A stretch of DNA of 61,468 bases from a virus (taxonomy: Duplodnaviria > Caudoviricetes). The stretch spans positions 1 through 61,468 of the IMG/VR virus record IMGVR_UViG_3300012924_000002, one strand, 5' to 3'. The number at the start of each line of letters is the position of its first letter. Position 1 is the stretch's first letter. Under the pieces are notes generated by a model, which ran no database searches, was not told the origin of the DNA, and saw nothing but the letters and a program-made list of their open reading frames with translations. A program made the translations under genes and the position numbers. Positions 37,078 through 43,759 of this stretch are shown in pieces.

Positions 37078-37098
37078 TGTAACGCGTCGCGCGTGACA
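37078..37098 (-). promoter_or_regulatory. 21-bp motif with -10-like TACACT
   Basis: TGTAACGCGTCGCGCGTGACA. Confidence 0.65.
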
Positions 37099-37113
37099 AC
37101 CATTCCGCGTAGG

Positions 37114-37449
37114 TCACAGGTATTTCTTCGTCCGGGGTGACCGCTTATGCAGCCACAGGGCGGCCTGCCGGGCGGTCCACGAGTTGCCGCCGCTACCGAC
37201 CCGGGTGATGCGCCCGTCCGCGCGCACGCGCAGTACAACAGTGATCCGCCGCGCCCCGACGTCCTTCAGGTACAGCCGGACCACGGCGTTGTCGCCGGGC
37301 TCGTCGCCCCGCTCGATCGTCTGGATGGGGCCGTAGTCGAAGCCGAGCCGGCCGAGTTCGCGCATCACTTCGCGCGTCCACTTCTCCTCTTCGCGCCACA
37401 GCCGGTCGTCCTGCTCCCGGACGGTGGGAAGGCGCCTGATGATCCTCAT
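37114..37449 (-). CDS. Hypothetical protein
   Basis: Hairpin RBS GATCC-ATGGAG-GGATC. Confidence 0.65.
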   Translation of the reverse strand: MRIIRRLPTVREQDDRLWREEEKWTREVMRELGRLGFDYGPIQTIERGDEPGDNAVVRLYLKDVGARRITVVLRVRADGRITRVGSGGNSWTARQAALWLHKRSPRTKKYL

Positions 37450-37481
37450 TGCAAGATCCCTCCATGGATCAAGGTGAAAAC

Positions 37482-37516
37482 TGAGAGGGGCCGGGCCTGC
37501 ACCCCGGCCCCTCTCA
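37482..37516 (-). terminator. Intrinsic terminator after the HTH gene
   Basis: 14-bp stem followed by GTTTT on the minus strand. Confidence 0.7.
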
Positions 37517-37828
37517 CTCGTCGGCGGTGAGCTTCGCCAGTTCGACGGCCAGCTCCGCCCCGCGCTCCGCATCAATCGCGGAGGCGACCTGGCGAAGCAG
37601 ATCGTTCGGCACCTCCGACGGAACCTGAACGGTGAAGTGCGAACCCCCGGACAGCGTCCGGGACAGCCACTGCCGACCCGGGCGCTTACCCGTCTGCCGC
37701 TCGATCCGGTCGGCGAGCTGGTTACGATCGATCCCCTCGCGGGCCATCAATGCGCGGATTCGCTCGGCGATACGCGCGGAAGCCGTACTGCGGGGCTCGG
37801 TGCGAGCCCTGGTTGTTGCATCCGTCAC
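37514..37828 (-). CDS. XRE/Cro-like HTH regulator
   Basis: IAERIRALM.REGI.RNQLA.RI...RQWLSR.LSG; a 21-bp motif lies in its own upstream region. Confidence 0.75.
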   Translation of the reverse strand: MTDATTRARTEPRSTASARIAERIRALMAREGIDRNQLADRIERQTGKRPGRQWLSRTLSGGSHFTVQVPSEVPNDLLRQVASAIDAERGAELAVELAKLTADE

Positions 37829-37859
37829 GACGCCTCCTCTCCTCTGTGCTGACCTTCAA

Positions 37860-37880
37860 TGTAACGCGCCAGACGTGACG
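37860..37880 (-). promoter_or_regulatory. 21-bp motif with -10-like TACATT
   Basis: TGTAACGCGCCAGACGTGACG. Confidence 0.6.
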
Positions 37881-37913
37881 GTGCTTCCCTCGTCTGGCGC
37901 GAAACAATGCAGG

Positions 37914-38477
37914 TCAGGTCCCATCCGTGCGAGAAGTCGGATCGGTTGCGCGCCCAGCCGACACATCAGCCAGCCGACCCAGCAGCTTCCGCAGTTCCTC
38001 GCTGGTCAAGACGAACGACCGTTCGGGGGACAGCTGGTTCCGGCCAGTCCACGTGACGTTGACGCTGACGCCGAGACGTAGCGCCTGCTCCTGCAGAGTC
38101 TCCGCGGCCTTTTCCGCTACGATTCGGCGCTCAAGGTGAGCCTCCCGCGCGGCATCCTCGCTCCGCCGGGTTTCGGCCTGCTCCGTGCGGGCCTCTTGCC
38201 AGGTCCCGCGGATGTGCCGGATGTCGACGTAGCGGTCCCCGGATAGGGACTCCATCGCGATCCCCGTTTCGGGGTCGAGGAACACCACGCGAACGTGGCG
38301 GCCTTGGCTCGACGCCGTGTAGGTGTAAGGCTTCATCGACCAGACGCCGCGCTGGCTTTCGACGAACCGGTTGGTAGACAGTAGCCGCACCCGCCGCGAT
38401 CCGCTGTCGTACTTACGCCAGTCGGCAGCCCGGTTGACGAGGTACTCGGCCCCGACCCTCAGTAGCTTGTGTTGCAT
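37914..38477 (-). CDS. Hypothetical protein
   Basis: Hairpin RBS CCC-AAGGAG-GGG. Confidence 0.65.
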   Translation of the reverse strand: MQHKLLRVGAEYLVNRAADWRKYDSGSRRVRLLSTNRFVESQRGVWSMKPYTYTASSQGRHVRVVFLDPETGIAMESLSGDRYVDIRHIRGTWQEARTEQAETRRSEDAAREAHLERRIVAEKAAETLQEQALRLGVSVNVTWTGRNQLSPERSFVLTSEELRKLLGRLADVSAGRATDPTSRTDGT

Positions 38478-38494
38478 GATCCCCTCCTTGGGGT

Positions 38495-38845
38495 TCAGCG
38501 GTTCAGGGCCGCCTTGACGGCGGCATCGACAGAGGCGGGTAGCCGACCCGACGAGGAATGCAGCGCGTCGAAGTCCCACATCCGCCAGCAGCGTGTGCGG
38601 GTGAGCCGCGCCGGGCGACTGCCGCTGGCCGGCCGCTGCTCGTATCCGATCACCACCACCGCGTACGCGCCGCGCCCGTTCGGGGTGGTGGTGACGGTGG
38701 CAGCCACGGGCACGAAGTAGGCGTCCCGGCCAGGCACCCTCAACGCTCCGGAGCCTGCAATGCCTAGATGGATCCGCCTTCCGTCTCTCCCTTTCACCGT
38801 CGCGGTGACTTCGGAGCGGAGCCCGCTGTACGTTCCAGTCCTCAT
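38495..38845 (-). CDS. Hypothetical protein
   Basis: ATGA overlap; AAAGGA RBS. Confidence 0.6.
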   Translation of the reverse strand: MRTGTYSGLRSEVTATVKGRDGRRIHLGIAGSGALRVPGRDAYFVPVAATVTTTPNGRGAYAVVVIGYEQRPASGSRPARLTRTRCWRMWDFDALHSSSGRLPASVDAAVKAALNR

Positions 38846-39234
38846 TTTCGGTGGTCCTTTCCGGCATACACCAGCGGCCCGAGGTTCAATTCCAGGGCGG
38901 CATCGTTGACCATGGAACGGAGGTCGGCCGAGTTCCAGGTGTTCCAGCACTCCTCGCTGAGCCTGTGCGTGCCGTGGTCCAGCGCGTCATGGTTCGCCCG
39001 CTGTCCCTTGATCCAGCCGTCCAGTACGGCCAGCACCAGGGCGAGGGCTTCGCGTTGCGCGCCCCCTTTGGAGACCATCTCTGGCTTGTAGACCAGCCGT
39101 TCGGAGGTCTCGAAGACCTCCGGGCCTTTCTCCGTGTTGTCGTCGGCCCACTGTTTGGCGTCGACCGCGTTGCCGAACGCGAGTTCCACCGGCGCCGGGT
39201 CGGTCGCGTTGTCGTATCGGACGATGAAGCCCAT
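38842..39234 (-). CDS. Hypothetical protein
   Basis: Hairpin RBS GGTCC-AAAGGAG-GGATC. Confidence 0.65.
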   Translation of the reverse strand: MGFIVRYDNATDPAPVELAFGNAVDAKQWADDNTEKGPEVFETSERLVYKPEMVSKGGAQREALALVLAVLDGWIKGQRANHDALDHGTHRLSEECWNTWNSADLRSMVNDAALELNLGPLVYAGKDHRK

Positions 39235-39261
39235 ATCAAGATCCCTCCTTTGGACCGGGGC

Positions 39262-39492
39262 TCAGGCCCCTCGCGTGTCCGTGGTCAGCGTCCACGTCTT
39301 CGCCCCTGAGTAGGTCGAGCCCGCCTCGCGGACCTCGCCGAAGCCGACGAGTCGCCTGATCGAGGGTCGAACTCGGGTCACGCTCAGCGCGAGTTGGTCG
39401 GCAATCTCTCCGATCGACTCCGGCGCTTCGTTCCTGCGGATCAGCCGGGCTAGGTGCTCGGTCACCTGCCGGTCGATGTCGTCGCTGCTCAT
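39262..39492 (-). CDS. Winged-HTH protein
   Basis: SIGEIADQL.LS.TRV..SIRRL...GEV. Confidence 0.7.
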   Translation of the reverse strand: MSSDDIDRQVTEHLARLIRRNEAPESIGEIADQLALSVTRVRPSIRRLVGFGEVREAGSTYSGAKTWTLTTDTRGA

Positions 39493-39530
39493 CGGTTCTC
39501 CTTCACTGCTTGCGCCGGCTCGGGTCGGAT

Positions 39531-39589
39531 CGCACCCCCGGCCGGAATCGAACCGGTGAGCGGGCCGTGACCATCACGGTTCCGGGGGT
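39531..39589 (-). ncRNA. Mini tRNA-like element
   Basis: ACCCCCGG..hairpin..CCGG-TTCGATT-CCGG-CCGGGGGT-GCG. Confidence 0.6.
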
Positions 39590-39594
39590 GTCGT

Positions 39595-39765
39595 TCACGA
39601 GTTGAAGGCGAAGTGTTCCGGCGTCGAGGTGATGCACGGTTTGCGCGTGGCGACGTCGTAGGTGGTCCAACGCTCGAACGCGTACTCCTCCAAGTCCGGC
39701 CAGCTCAGCGAGTCGATGAGGTTCACGTACAGCGCCTTGCGGGCTTTGCGCGAGGCTTTCAACAT
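39595..39765 (-). CDS. Small hypothetical protein
   Basis: Hairpin RBS GATCC-AGGAG-GGATC. Confidence 0.6.
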   Translation of the reverse strand: MLKASRKARKALYVNLIDSLSWPDLEEYAFERWTTYDVATRKPCITSTPEHFAFNS

Positions 39766-39804
39766 CGGGTGATCCCTCCTGGATCTGTGTCGGCTTCCTG
39801 CCAC

Positions 39805-39849
39805 TGTAACGCGCGGCGCGTGACAGTCATTCCCGTGCTGCGCGTTACA
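39805..39849 (-). promoter_or_regulatory. Tandem pair of 21-bp motifs
   Basis: TGTAACGCGCGGCGCGTGACA and ATTCCCGTGCTGCGCGTTACA. Confidence 0.65.
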
Positions 39850-39859
39850 GGCGATGCCG

Positions 39860-40189
39860 CTAGATCAGCTTCTTGTTGACCTTCCCGGAGCCGCCGCAGG
39901 CGCGACAGGTCTCCGTCGTCCAGACGGACTTGCCCTTGACAATCTTGTTGACCTGCACGGTGCCATTGCCTTGACAGTTCTGGCACGCTACAACGTTCGC
40001 CATTTCAAGATCCCCTCCATGGAAGGCCCGGCGGATCGGGCCGGCGTGGATATGCCAGGCGGTCTCACACACCCTGTCGTCGTTGACCTGACAGAACGGC
40101 GTCACCTCGTGGGAGACGTGTGGCCCGTCAGTGGTGAGCTCTCGAAGGACCGGGTAGCGGTCACTTCGTGCGTTGTGCGGATGGAACAT
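39860..40189 (-). CDS. DnaJ-type Zn-finger protein with a second in-frame start at 40003
   Basis: CQNCQGNG...CRACGGSG; both ATGs follow the same 16-mer. Confidence 0.65.
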   Translation of the reverse strand: MFHPHNARSDRYPVLRELTTDGPHVSHEVTPFCQVNDDRVCETAWHIHAGPIRRAFHGGDLEMANVVACQNCQGNGTVQVNKIVKGKSVWTTETCRACGGSGKVNKKLI

Positions 40190-40237
40190 TTCAAGATCCC
40201 CTATTCAGTTGTGGAGGCCCGGCCCGTTGCCGGGCCT

Positions 40238-40280
40238 CGTGCCTGCCGGGGGCTCGAACCCCGGTGCCTGCCGGTCAGGC
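40238..40280 (-). ncRNA. Mini tRNA-like element
   Basis: GCCTG-accggcaggca-CCGGGG-TTCGAGC-CCCCGG-CAGGC-ACG. Confidence 0.65.
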
Positions 40281-40288
40281 GGTAGCGG

Positions 40289-40723
40289 CTAACGGCCGGG
40301 CAGGGTGGCTGCGCCGCCCTCCGCGGGAACGAACACGCCAGCCGGGTGCGGCGCCCCCATGTCGGTGCCGTACAGGTAGGCGCCTACCAGCTGCGGCCGC
40401 TCCCCGTTAGCGACACCTTCGGCGAGGACGACCTCTTCCGTTCGGAAGTACGTGTTGCCGCTCGCGATGAAGTCGTCCACGAAGATCCAGCGGCGGCCGA
40501 TCTCGCCCTCGAACCTGCTGGTCGAGTGGCTCCCGTCGCCGGGCTTACGGACGATCGCCCACTTCTTCCCGAGTGCCCTGGCGAGGATCGGGACGACTAG
40601 CGCCCCGGACAGGCCCCGCCCGACCATCGTGTCGTAGGTGACGTCCTTCAGCGCCTGCCGCGCTGCCAAGATCAGAGCCTCGGGCTCGTCGAACGCTTTG
40701 AACGAATAGCTGACGTGGCGCAT
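40289..40723 (-). CDS. Type I phosphoribosyltransferase
   Basis: VGRGLSG, IVRK, WIFVDDFIASGNT PRPP-binding loop. Confidence 0.85.
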   Translation of the reverse strand: MRHVSYSFKAFDEPEALILAARQALKDVTYDTMVGRGLSGALVVPILARALGKKWAIVRKPGDGSHSTSRFEGEIGRRWIFVDDFIASGNTYFRTEEVVLAEGVANGERPQLVGAYLYGTDMGAPHPAGVFVPAEGGAATLPGR

Positions 40724-40754
40724 GTCCCCTCCATGGGTCGGTGGTTGCGCTTTA

Positions 40755-40797
40755 CGTGCCCGCCCCGGGCTCGAACCGGGGTGCCTGCCAGCCGGGC
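40755..40797 (-). ncRNA. Mini tRNA-like element
   Basis: GCCCG-gctggcaggca-CCCCGG-TTCGAGC-CCGGGG-CGGGC-ACG. Confidence 0.65.
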
Positions 40798-40804
40798 TGC
40801 AAGA

Positions 40805-41050
40805 TCAGAAGTTTGCGAGGTGGTTCAGGTAGCGGGTCTGCGCGTCGTACCGGCCCTGCATTGCCAGCATCCGCACGTCCCATCCGGTGATCTGCTCGTT
40901 CAGCGGCCACTCGTCGAGTGCGTGCACCATGGCCTGGAACGCCTCGATCTGGTCGGTGTCGCGGATCGGGTGGACCCGCTGCGACTCGGGCCGGGAGAAC
41001 ATGTTCTCCTCGACGGCCAGCGCCGCGCCTTCCTCGGCGATGATGTCCAT
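40805..41050 (-). CDS. Hypothetical protein
   Basis: TGATG coupling to the upstream ORF. Confidence 0.6.
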   Translation of the reverse strand: MDIIAEEGAALAVEENMFSRPESQRVHPIRDTDQIEAFQAMVHALDEWPLNEQITGWDVRMLAMQGRYDAQTRYLNHLANF

Positions 41051-41178
41051 CAGGCGTTCCGCCGAGCCCGGTAGTCGGCGACGTCACGCCGAACCTTGCG
41101 GTCGCTAGCTCGGGCGATGAACGGGGCGAGCGTGCCGGCGGTGACCAGGGCTAGCGCGGTGAGCAGTAGTTCGACCAT
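41050..41178 (-). CDS. 42-aa TM peptide (not in ORF track)
   Basis: MVELLLTALALVTAGTLAPFIARASDRKVRR...; hairpin RBS AACCC-AAGGAG-GGGTT. Confidence 0.6.
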   Translation of the reverse strand: MVELLLTALALVTAGTLAPFIARASDRKVRRDVADYRARRNA

Positions 41179-41214
41179 CTGGAACCCCTCCTTGGGTTGT
41201 GGCAGATCTTGCGG

Positions 41215-41256
41215 AGTGCCTGGGGCGGGAATCGAACCCGCCCTTCACCATCAGGC
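41215..41256 (-). ncRNA. Mini tRNA-like element
   Basis: GCCTG-atggtgaa-GGGCGGG-TTCGATT-CCCGCCC-CAGGC-ACT. Confidence 0.65.
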
Positions 41257-41364
41257 GATGCGGCCAGCCCGACGCGCCTTGCGAGTGATCCGGCCGATCC
41301 GGTAGTTCACGTAGCTGCCGCTGACCTTGACAACGGCAGCGACGAACAGGTTCAGCAGGAACAT
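41251..41364 (-). CDS. 37-aa basic/hydrophobic peptide (not in ORF track)
   Basis: GAGGAG RBS; MFLLNLFVAAVVKVSGSYVNYRIGRITRKARRAGRIA. Confidence 0.55.
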   Translation of the reverse strand: MFLLNLFVAAVVKVSGSYVNYRIGRITRKARRAGRIA

Positions 41365-41399
41365 GACGTTCTCCTCTCAAGATCGGCCAGGGCTGGCCT

Positions 41400-41465
41400 C
41401 GTACCCGGGACCGGAATCGAACCGGCCCTACACCGTCGGGGGGGCGTTTTGAGGTCTCCCGGGGT
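41400..41465 (-). ncRNA. Mini tRNA-like element
   Basis: ACC(C)CGGG...GCCGG-TTCGATT-CCGGT-CCCGGGT-ACG. Confidence 0.55.
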
Positions 41466-41498
41466 GAGGCCGGGGGCGGGTTGCCCCCGGCGTGCTCC

Positions 41499-41741
41499 CT
41501 ACTCGTCTCCGAAGTGACCGGCGTTCAAGGTGCGCCGGTGTGGCTCGGTGGCGGGTTCCGGAAGGTCAACCGGGTCAACCGGCTTGCCGACCTTCGGAGT
41601 GAGGATCCTGATCAGGACCGTTAGCCGGGTGTAGATCCGGACCCCGACCTTGGCGTCCAGCGCGGTTACCACGCTGAGCACCCAAGTCGCAAGGGTGATC
41701 CCCTTGTCGTCCAGGACGTAAGCGGCGATCGTTTCGATCAT
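41499..41741 (-). CDS. First gene of the leftward early operon
   Basis: Hairpin RBS AACCC-AGGGAG-GGGTT. Confidence 0.6.
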   Translation of the reverse strand: MIETIAAYVLDDKGITLATWVLSVVTALDAKVGVRIYTRLTVLIRILTPKVGKPVDPVDLPEPATEPHRRTLNAGHFGDE

Positions 41742-41799
41742 CGTGAACCCCTCCCTGGGTTACCTCTGTGGAGTTGTTTTTGCCTTGCTTGCCTTACGA

Positions 41800-41950
41800 G
41801 AAGAACTATCCCACGTCACGCGTGACAGCGTCAAGGGGTTTCGCCAAGATTCTTCTATCTCTTTTCTGTGACGCGTTTCCGCAGGTCAGAGACCATATTG
41901 GAAAATCTTGGCGCCAATCTTCCCACGCGACGCGTGACAGCGTATAGTCC
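41800..41950. promoter_or_regulatory. Divergent promoter region with two 21-bp motifs
   Basis: Leftward TTGACG-N18-GATAGT; rightward -10 TATAGT; motifs at 41807-41827 and 41919-41939. Confidence 0.65.
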
Positions 41951-41998
41951 CTTTACGTAAGGCACACACGGGCACATGGGATTTCCAGGGAGGGAATC

Positions 41999-42367
41999 AT
42001 GATCCGCAACCTGATCACTGCCGCAGCAGTCATCTCCGCTACCGCGCTCACCGCCTGCGCGCCCCCCGCCCCGCTGAACTGCCCGGCCGCGGACTACGCG
42101 ATCACGACCAGCACCATCCGCGGGCCGCTGAACAACCACACGTGGCCGATCACGATCACCATCACCGACCCTGCCGGCGGTAGCCGCGCCGTCGCTTACG
42201 AGACGCTCGACGACCAGGGCAAGATCCGGGCCGCCGCCACCGTCACCACCCACGGTGGAGCCGCCTCTGCGAAGTGGAACATCGGTGAGTACGTCACCTC
42301 CCTGAAGCTGCGCACCGAGGTCGACTCTGTTGACGGGTGCGACACCACCGACGGCTACATCCGCTGA
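41999..42367 (+). CDS. Lipoprotein
   Basis: Lipobox LTAC; hairpin RBS TTCC-AGGGAG-GGAA. Confidence 0.75.
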   Translation: MIRNLITAAAVISATALTACAPPAPLNCPAADYAITTSTIRGPLNNHTWPITITITDPAGGSRAVAYETLDDQGKIRAAATVTTHGGAASAKWNIGEYVTSLKLRTEVDSVDGCDTTDGYIR

Positions 42368-42405
42368 GCACGATCCACCGACACCACCCCAAGGGAGACC
42401 CGATC

Positions 42406-42621
42406 ATGTTCGAGCCGCAGACCATCCAGCTGAGCCCGTCGTCCGCCGCGGAGATCGTCGTCGAGAACGGTCGCGTCCGACTGATCCACTCCGGGAAGTA
42501 CGGAGACGCCGACGTGACCACCATGTCGGACGACGATGCTGACACGATCGCCGGCGCGCTGAAGGCGGCTGCCGCTGCGAACCGTGCGAACCGCGATGCG
42601 AACGCCTCGCGGGTTCGCTAG
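42406..42621 (+). CDS. Hypothetical protein
   Basis: AAGGGAG RBS. Confidence 0.6.
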   Translation: MFEPQTIQLSPSSAAEIVVENGRVRLIHSGKYGDADVTTMSDDDADTIAGALKAAAAANRANRDANASRVR

Positions 42622-43045
42622 CGAAGATCCAGACATCCCGGCCCCCGTTCGCATGCGAACGGGGGGCCGCTTCGCGTTCGCATGCGAACTTCGCACGAGG
42701 GGCGAACGTGCGCCGTTCGCACCCAGCAGCGAACACGCGTGCCGGAACCGGACAACGCGTGCTACGTTCGCATGCATGTCTGCCGACACGAAAACGAACG
42801 AACGTTCGCGCCCAGTGAGGAGCGAACGTTCGCGACGCCTCATGCGAACGGTCATCGGCTTCGTAGCCGCTTCGGCGTTCGCAGCCTTCGCGATACAGGC
42901 GTGGTTCGCATACGGCTTCGCACGACAGGTACTTAAGCTGCCCGTCGCGCTTTCGTTCGCAGTGCCCGTAGCGAACGACCTGTACATCGTGACGCTGATG
43001 GTTATCAGCTACCTACTTCGCTTCGCGCACCTTCGCGTTCGCGCG
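42575..43045. repeat. Dense TTCGC/GCGAA motif array 1
   Basis: About 29 copies by hand count in ~470 bp; palindrome GTTCGCATGCGAAC at 42647 and 42676. Confidence 0.85.
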
Positions 43046-43717
43046 TACGTCTGGTCGGTGTTGGGGCTGGGCATTGCGACGCAGATCGGCGCCGCCTGGT
43101 CGTTCGAGCGGTGGAGGGCCACGGGCGAACACACGGGGGTGTCGGTCGCCGCGCTGGTACCGGCCGCGCTGCTCGCGGCTGCCATGCACTCGCTGATCAT
43201 CGCGGCGAGGCACATCGACGAGTCAGACGACCAGGGGTACAGGCCGGTCCGGCCTGACCGGGGGTGGCGTGACGCAGCGATCGAGGCCCATGGCAGGCAC
43301 GTCGCCAGCGCCGAGGAGCAGGCCGCAGGTCGCGCCCCGGTGACCGCCCCGCCGTCCCGCCCGGACCGGGCGGCGCAGGCCCCGCCCATCTCGTCAGGCC
43401 GCGGCGCGTCCCGGCCGGCCAACCTGGTCCGTGAGCTGGCCGTGAAGCGTCGGCTCGCTGGTGAGCCGGCGGCTCTGATCGCAGCCGAGCTGGGTGTTAC
43501 TCCGCGGGCCGTACAGGGCTGGGTGAAGGACCATCACCGTACGCAGCGTAACTCTGGATCTAGTGAGATGCAGCGGCCTGCAATTGCCGGCGAGGCCGCT
43601 TTCTCCCCTAAGGAAATCGGGACGCCTGGCCGTGAGATGCAGGGTGATGTTGGAGGGCATGTCGGCCCAAAGGGGATGCCTGCAAGAGGCGCGTCTGACC
43701 GAATGCAAGAGAGTTGA
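42776..43717 (+). CDS. DUF2637/Spd-like membrane protein with C-terminal HTH
   Basis: 4 TM helices with P.A.D motif; IAAELGVT.RAVQGW HTH; next to traB. Confidence 0.7.
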   Translation: MSADTKTNERSRPVRSERSRRLMRTVIGFVAASAFAAFAIQAWFAYGFARQVLKLPVALSFAVPVANDLYIVTLMVISYLLRFAHLRVRAYVWSVLGLGIATQIGAAWSFERWRATGEHTGVSVAALVPAALLAAAMHSLIIAARHIDESDDQGYRPVRPDRGWRDAAIEAHGRHVASAEEQAAGRAPVTAPPSRPDRAAQAPPISSGRGASRPANLVRELAVKRRLAGEPAALIAAELGVTPRAVQGWVKDHHRTQRNSGSSEMQRPAIAGEAAFSPKEIGTPGREMQGDVGGHVGPKGMPARGASDRMQES

Positions 43718-43759
43718 TATTGGTGAAAGAGTCACAGCCGGTGAGCAGGAAGGGGGCGA

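Noticed and set aside
38875-38900. GGTTCAATTCC T-loop-like string on the plus strand
   Set aside because: Inside a CDS, antisense to it, with an imperfect stem and no closing helix.
37030-41760. GGAGGG(G)ATC as a novel DNA repeat
   Set aside because: It is largely an extended anti-SD complement; only the hairpin context is notable and is reported separately.
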